Assembly: GCA_047624005.1 (NCBI GenBank)
Contig: JBLHPE010000007.1
Span: 5,663-69,662 of the forward strand
DNA: 64,000 nt
Reading direction: 5' to 3'
DNA from: Ascidiaceihabitans sp.
Lineage (GTDB): Bacteria > Pseudomonadota > Alphaproteobacteria > Rhodobacterales > Rhodobacteraceae
Positions 61,421-64,000 of this stretch are shown here, piece by piece. The position numbers were made by a program, and so were the translations under genes. Every line of letters starts with the position of its first letter. Within the stretch, counting starts at the first letter, position 1. The notes beneath the pieces were generated by a model. That model ran no database searches, had not been told where the DNA came from, and was given only the letters and a program-made list of their open reading frames with translations.

Positions 61421-62829
61421 TTTTGCTCCAATTCAGATATTTCACGACGCAAGGTTTTTGCGAAGATAGGGTAAGTGTCAGGAAGGTCGCCCCACAATTG
61501 GCGGCTGGTGACAAACGCGTCACTGCCCAACAAAGCTTGCAGGTCTTTCCAACTTGGCTCGATATAGTCGAATGGAATTTTCCCAGCCGCGACGTGGCAG
61601 GCAAAAACGTACCAACTGGCAATACTACGTATCGTGTAAACAGGCGTAATGCCCTGCTTCAGGCACCCTTCGAGGGTAGGTCGAATGAAAATAGGGAATT
61701 TAGCCATTCCATCAGCGCAGATGCGCGCCACAGTGTCACCGATGGCTTGGTTGCCAAAACGCCGTGTTATATCTGACAGATATTCTTCCTTAGAAAACGG
61801 CAGCGCAATGGTGATCGCGGGCAAAACTTCTTGCGTCTCAAACCCTTGGAAATGATCATTCAGTTTAGGTGTGCGCATAGCTTGATCAAAGGTTGCGATC
61901 CCTTCAAGTGCAGCCAAGTAAGACAAAGCTGTATGCCCACCATTCAGCACGCGAATTTTAGTTTCCTCATAGGGATCAACGTCAGAAGTGACCGTCACGC
62001 CTACCTGTCCAAGATCGGGCATCTCGGATTTAGCATTGTTTTGCAGGACCCATTGAATGAAGTCTTCGGCCATAACGGGAGACGTGACAGGTGCGCCTAC
62101 CAATTCAGACAATTCAGGGCAAAGCTCTGCCGGGCTACGTGGTGTGATCCGATCAACCATAGAACACGGAAATTCCACATTCTTCTCAACCCAAGCCGCT
62201 AATGTTTGATCATCACAAGCCAACAAATAGGCGCCCAGATTGCGCCGCAGCATTTTGCCATTTTGGCGAATGTTGTCGCAACACGCGATTGTCAAAGGCG
62301 CACCAGTTTTGTCGGAACGGTTTTGAAGAGCCGCCCGTAGATAGCCATATACGCTGCTGGCAACCTCACCTTCAATTTCGGACTTTATAGTCGGGTCAGA
62401 GATATTCAGATCACCATTTGGGTCTGTATAATAGCCGCTTTCAGTTACGGTAATCGTCACCAAATGCACTGACTTTTTCGTCAATAAAGCCTCAGTCTCA
62501 GCGCGTGAAACGCTCCAATCGGCAAATTGAACATGACTGCGAACACGGCGCAATTCGACTTGGCCATCTGCCGAAAAAGACTTAAGAAAATAACCATCAT
62601 GGCGCGCAACATCTTCAGCCGCCTCTTGGAAAAGCTTAGCTTCGGAACTGCGCAAGTTTACCGCAACAATACCCCACCGAATATCACCTGTCTTTTCCAT
62701 ATAGTCATCAAGATAGACCGCCTGGTGTGCACGGTGAAATGCGCCAAAGCCAAGGTGAACAACCCCAACAGCGCAATCTGCGCGATCGTAGCGGGTCGCG
62801 GCAATGTGTTCGCGCACGGCATCGTTCAT
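61408..62829 (-). CDS. Mannitol dehydrogenase family protein (D-arabitol/mannitol dehydrogenase)
   Basis: [40 protein letters not shown]. Confidence 0.92.
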   Translation of the reverse strand: MNDAVREHIAATRYDRADCAVGVVHLGFGAFHRAHQAVYLDDYMEKTGDIRWGIVAVNLRSSEAKLFQEAAEDVARHDGYFLKSFSADGQVELRRVRSHVQFADWSVSRAETEALLTKKSVHLVTITVTESGYYTDPNGDLNISDPTIKSEIEGEVASSVYGYLRAALQNRSDKTGAPLTIACCDNIRQNGKMLRRNLGAYLLACDDQTLAAWVEKNVEFPCSMVDRITPRSPAELCPELSELVGAPVTSPVMAEDFIQWVLQNNAKSEMPDLGQVGVTVTSDVDPYEETKIRVLNGGHTALSYLAALEGIATFDQAMRTPKLNDHFQGFETQEVLPAITIALPFSKEEYLSDITRRFGNQAIGDTVARICADGMAKFPIFIRPTLEGCLKQGITPVYTIRSIASWYVFACHVAAGKIPFDYIEPSWKDLQALLGSDAFVTSRQLWGDLPDTYPIFAKTLRREISELEQKWPV

Positions 62830-63719
62830 GTTGATGGCTCCATCGGCTTTGCAAGATCTTTACGCGCCGTGTCGCGATATTCCGAAGGTGTCATACCTTT
62901 CAGCTTAAGAAAATGGCGATTGAAGTTCGCAAGATTTCGGAACCCTGCACTCTGACCAATTCCTGCAACCGAATCGTCTGATGCATACAACATTCCACAA
63001 GCCTGCCCAACGCGGACGCTGGTCAAGAATTCTACAAACTTATGGCCAGTCATCGCCGGGAAATTTCGTGCAAAGGTAGCTTGGGTCATCGTTGCCATTT
63101 CTGCCGCCTGCGTAATTGAAAACTCTTCGCTGAAATTGGCGACGATATGGTCGACCACCGCCGCAATTCTTGCGTGTTTACTGCCACCTTCAAGCTGAAT
63201 TAGTTTGGACGCAGACAATACCTTTTTTTCAGCATGTTCGTTCAGGCGTACAAGAAAACGAATGAATGCCAGGATGCGTTCCGCCCCCTCATTATTTCGA
63301 ATCGATTCCATATGGCCACGAGCGAAAGTCGGATTGAAACCCTGAAATTGCACGCCAGACTGAGCTAGGGTCAGCATCTTACGGACCTCATTGAATTCTG
63401 GGAACCCTTCAGCAAGCTTCTCAAAGCTGTCATGGCTAAACTGAATAAGCATATCACGGGTTAAAACCGGTTCCGTCCAGACTTTGTCAGTAACCCAATT
63501 GTGCGGCAAGTTTGGCCCGGTCAGAAATAAATCACCCGCCTCAAATTCGCCGATATAATCACCGACAAAAGCTTTGCCACGTGTCGCAGTAATCAGATGC
63601 AATTCGTATTCTTCATGGGCGTGCCACCGACAAAGGTCCGTAGGCCAGCCATGCTCAAGATAGCGAATTGATCGGGTGGTCCGATCGACATGCTCAATCT
63701 TTGGGATCATTATTGACAT
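62826..63719 (-). CDS. AraC family regulator (MtlR-like, cupin plus HTH)
   Basis: WHAHEEYELH, GPNLPHNW, GFRNLANFNRHF..KGMTPSEYR. Confidence 0.93.
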   Translation of the reverse strand: MSIMIPKIEHVDRTTRSIRYLEHGWPTDLCRWHAHEEYELHLITATRGKAFVGDYIGEFEAGDLFLTGPNLPHNWVTDKVWTEPVLTRDMLIQFSHDSFEKLAEGFPEFNEVRKMLTLAQSGVQFQGFNPTFARGHMESIRNNEGAERILAFIRFLVRLNEHAEKKVLSASKLIQLEGGSKHARIAAVVDHIVANFSEEFSITQAAEMATMTQATFARNFPAMTGHKFVEFLTSVRVGQACGMLYASDDSVAGIGQSAGFRNLANFNRHFLKLKGMTPSEYRDTARKDLAKPMEPST

Positions 63720-63722
63720 GGA

Positions 63723-64000
63723 TTATCTCAACACATTGCCGCCATCGACACCGATGGTTTGGGCGGTCATATAAGATGACTGGTCACAAGCGAGGAAAAC
63801 CGCAGCGCGGGCCACATCGGATGGATCACCCATGTAGCCAAGTGGTACAGCCGCGCCAACTTCGAGTTTCTTTTGACCAGGCTTTTTACCTTCGAACTTT
63901 GCGAACATCGCATCAACAGTTTTCCACATCGGTGTGTCGATAACACCAGGGCTGATCGCATTCACACGAATTTTGTGTGGAGCAAGAGCAAGAGCTGTTG
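63723..64000 (-). CDS. Sorbitol/L-iditol dehydrogenase-like SDR (C-terminal part; 5' end off window)
   Basis: ...ALALAPHKIRVNAISPGVIDTPMW..VDAMFAKFE...GQKK..VGAAVPLG...VDGGN. Confidence 0.85.
   Translation of the reverse strand, partial: TALALAPHKIRVNAISPGVIDTPMWKTVDAMFAKFEGKKPGQKKLEVGAAVPLGYMGDPSDVARAAVFLACDQSSYMTAQTIGVDGGNVLR

Overview
A 64-kb chromosomal window from an alphaproteobacterium, most likely Rhodobacteraceae/Roseobacter group (inferred from gene content and order). About 1-44.4 kb is mostly housekeeping: partial nadE, a MORN-repeat protein, leuA with a Leu-rich leader peptide, mreBCD-mrdA-rodA, dcp, moeB-dut-coaBC, rpoH2, cobU, comM, gshB-yraN-rsmI, an lpoA-like gene, glnD, murJ, trpS, mce and aspS. 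A small accessory block sits between glnD and murJ. About 45.6-59.4 kb is an accessory glycan-modification island: glycosyltransferases of several families (GT61, GT8-like, GT90, GT32-like, three Glyco_tranf_2_4-type, one fused to an FkbM-like domain), an alpha/beta hydrolase, and a translationally coupled operon. That operon encodes a degenerate SGNH/SASA-like protein, a LamG-like protein and a sulfatase fused to RTX repeats, followed by the GT61. It is my best candidate for an undescribed system. The window ends in a polyol catabolic operon. I saw no rRNA, tRNA, CRISPR array, transposase or integrase. All family calls come from recognising motifs by eye; no database search was run.
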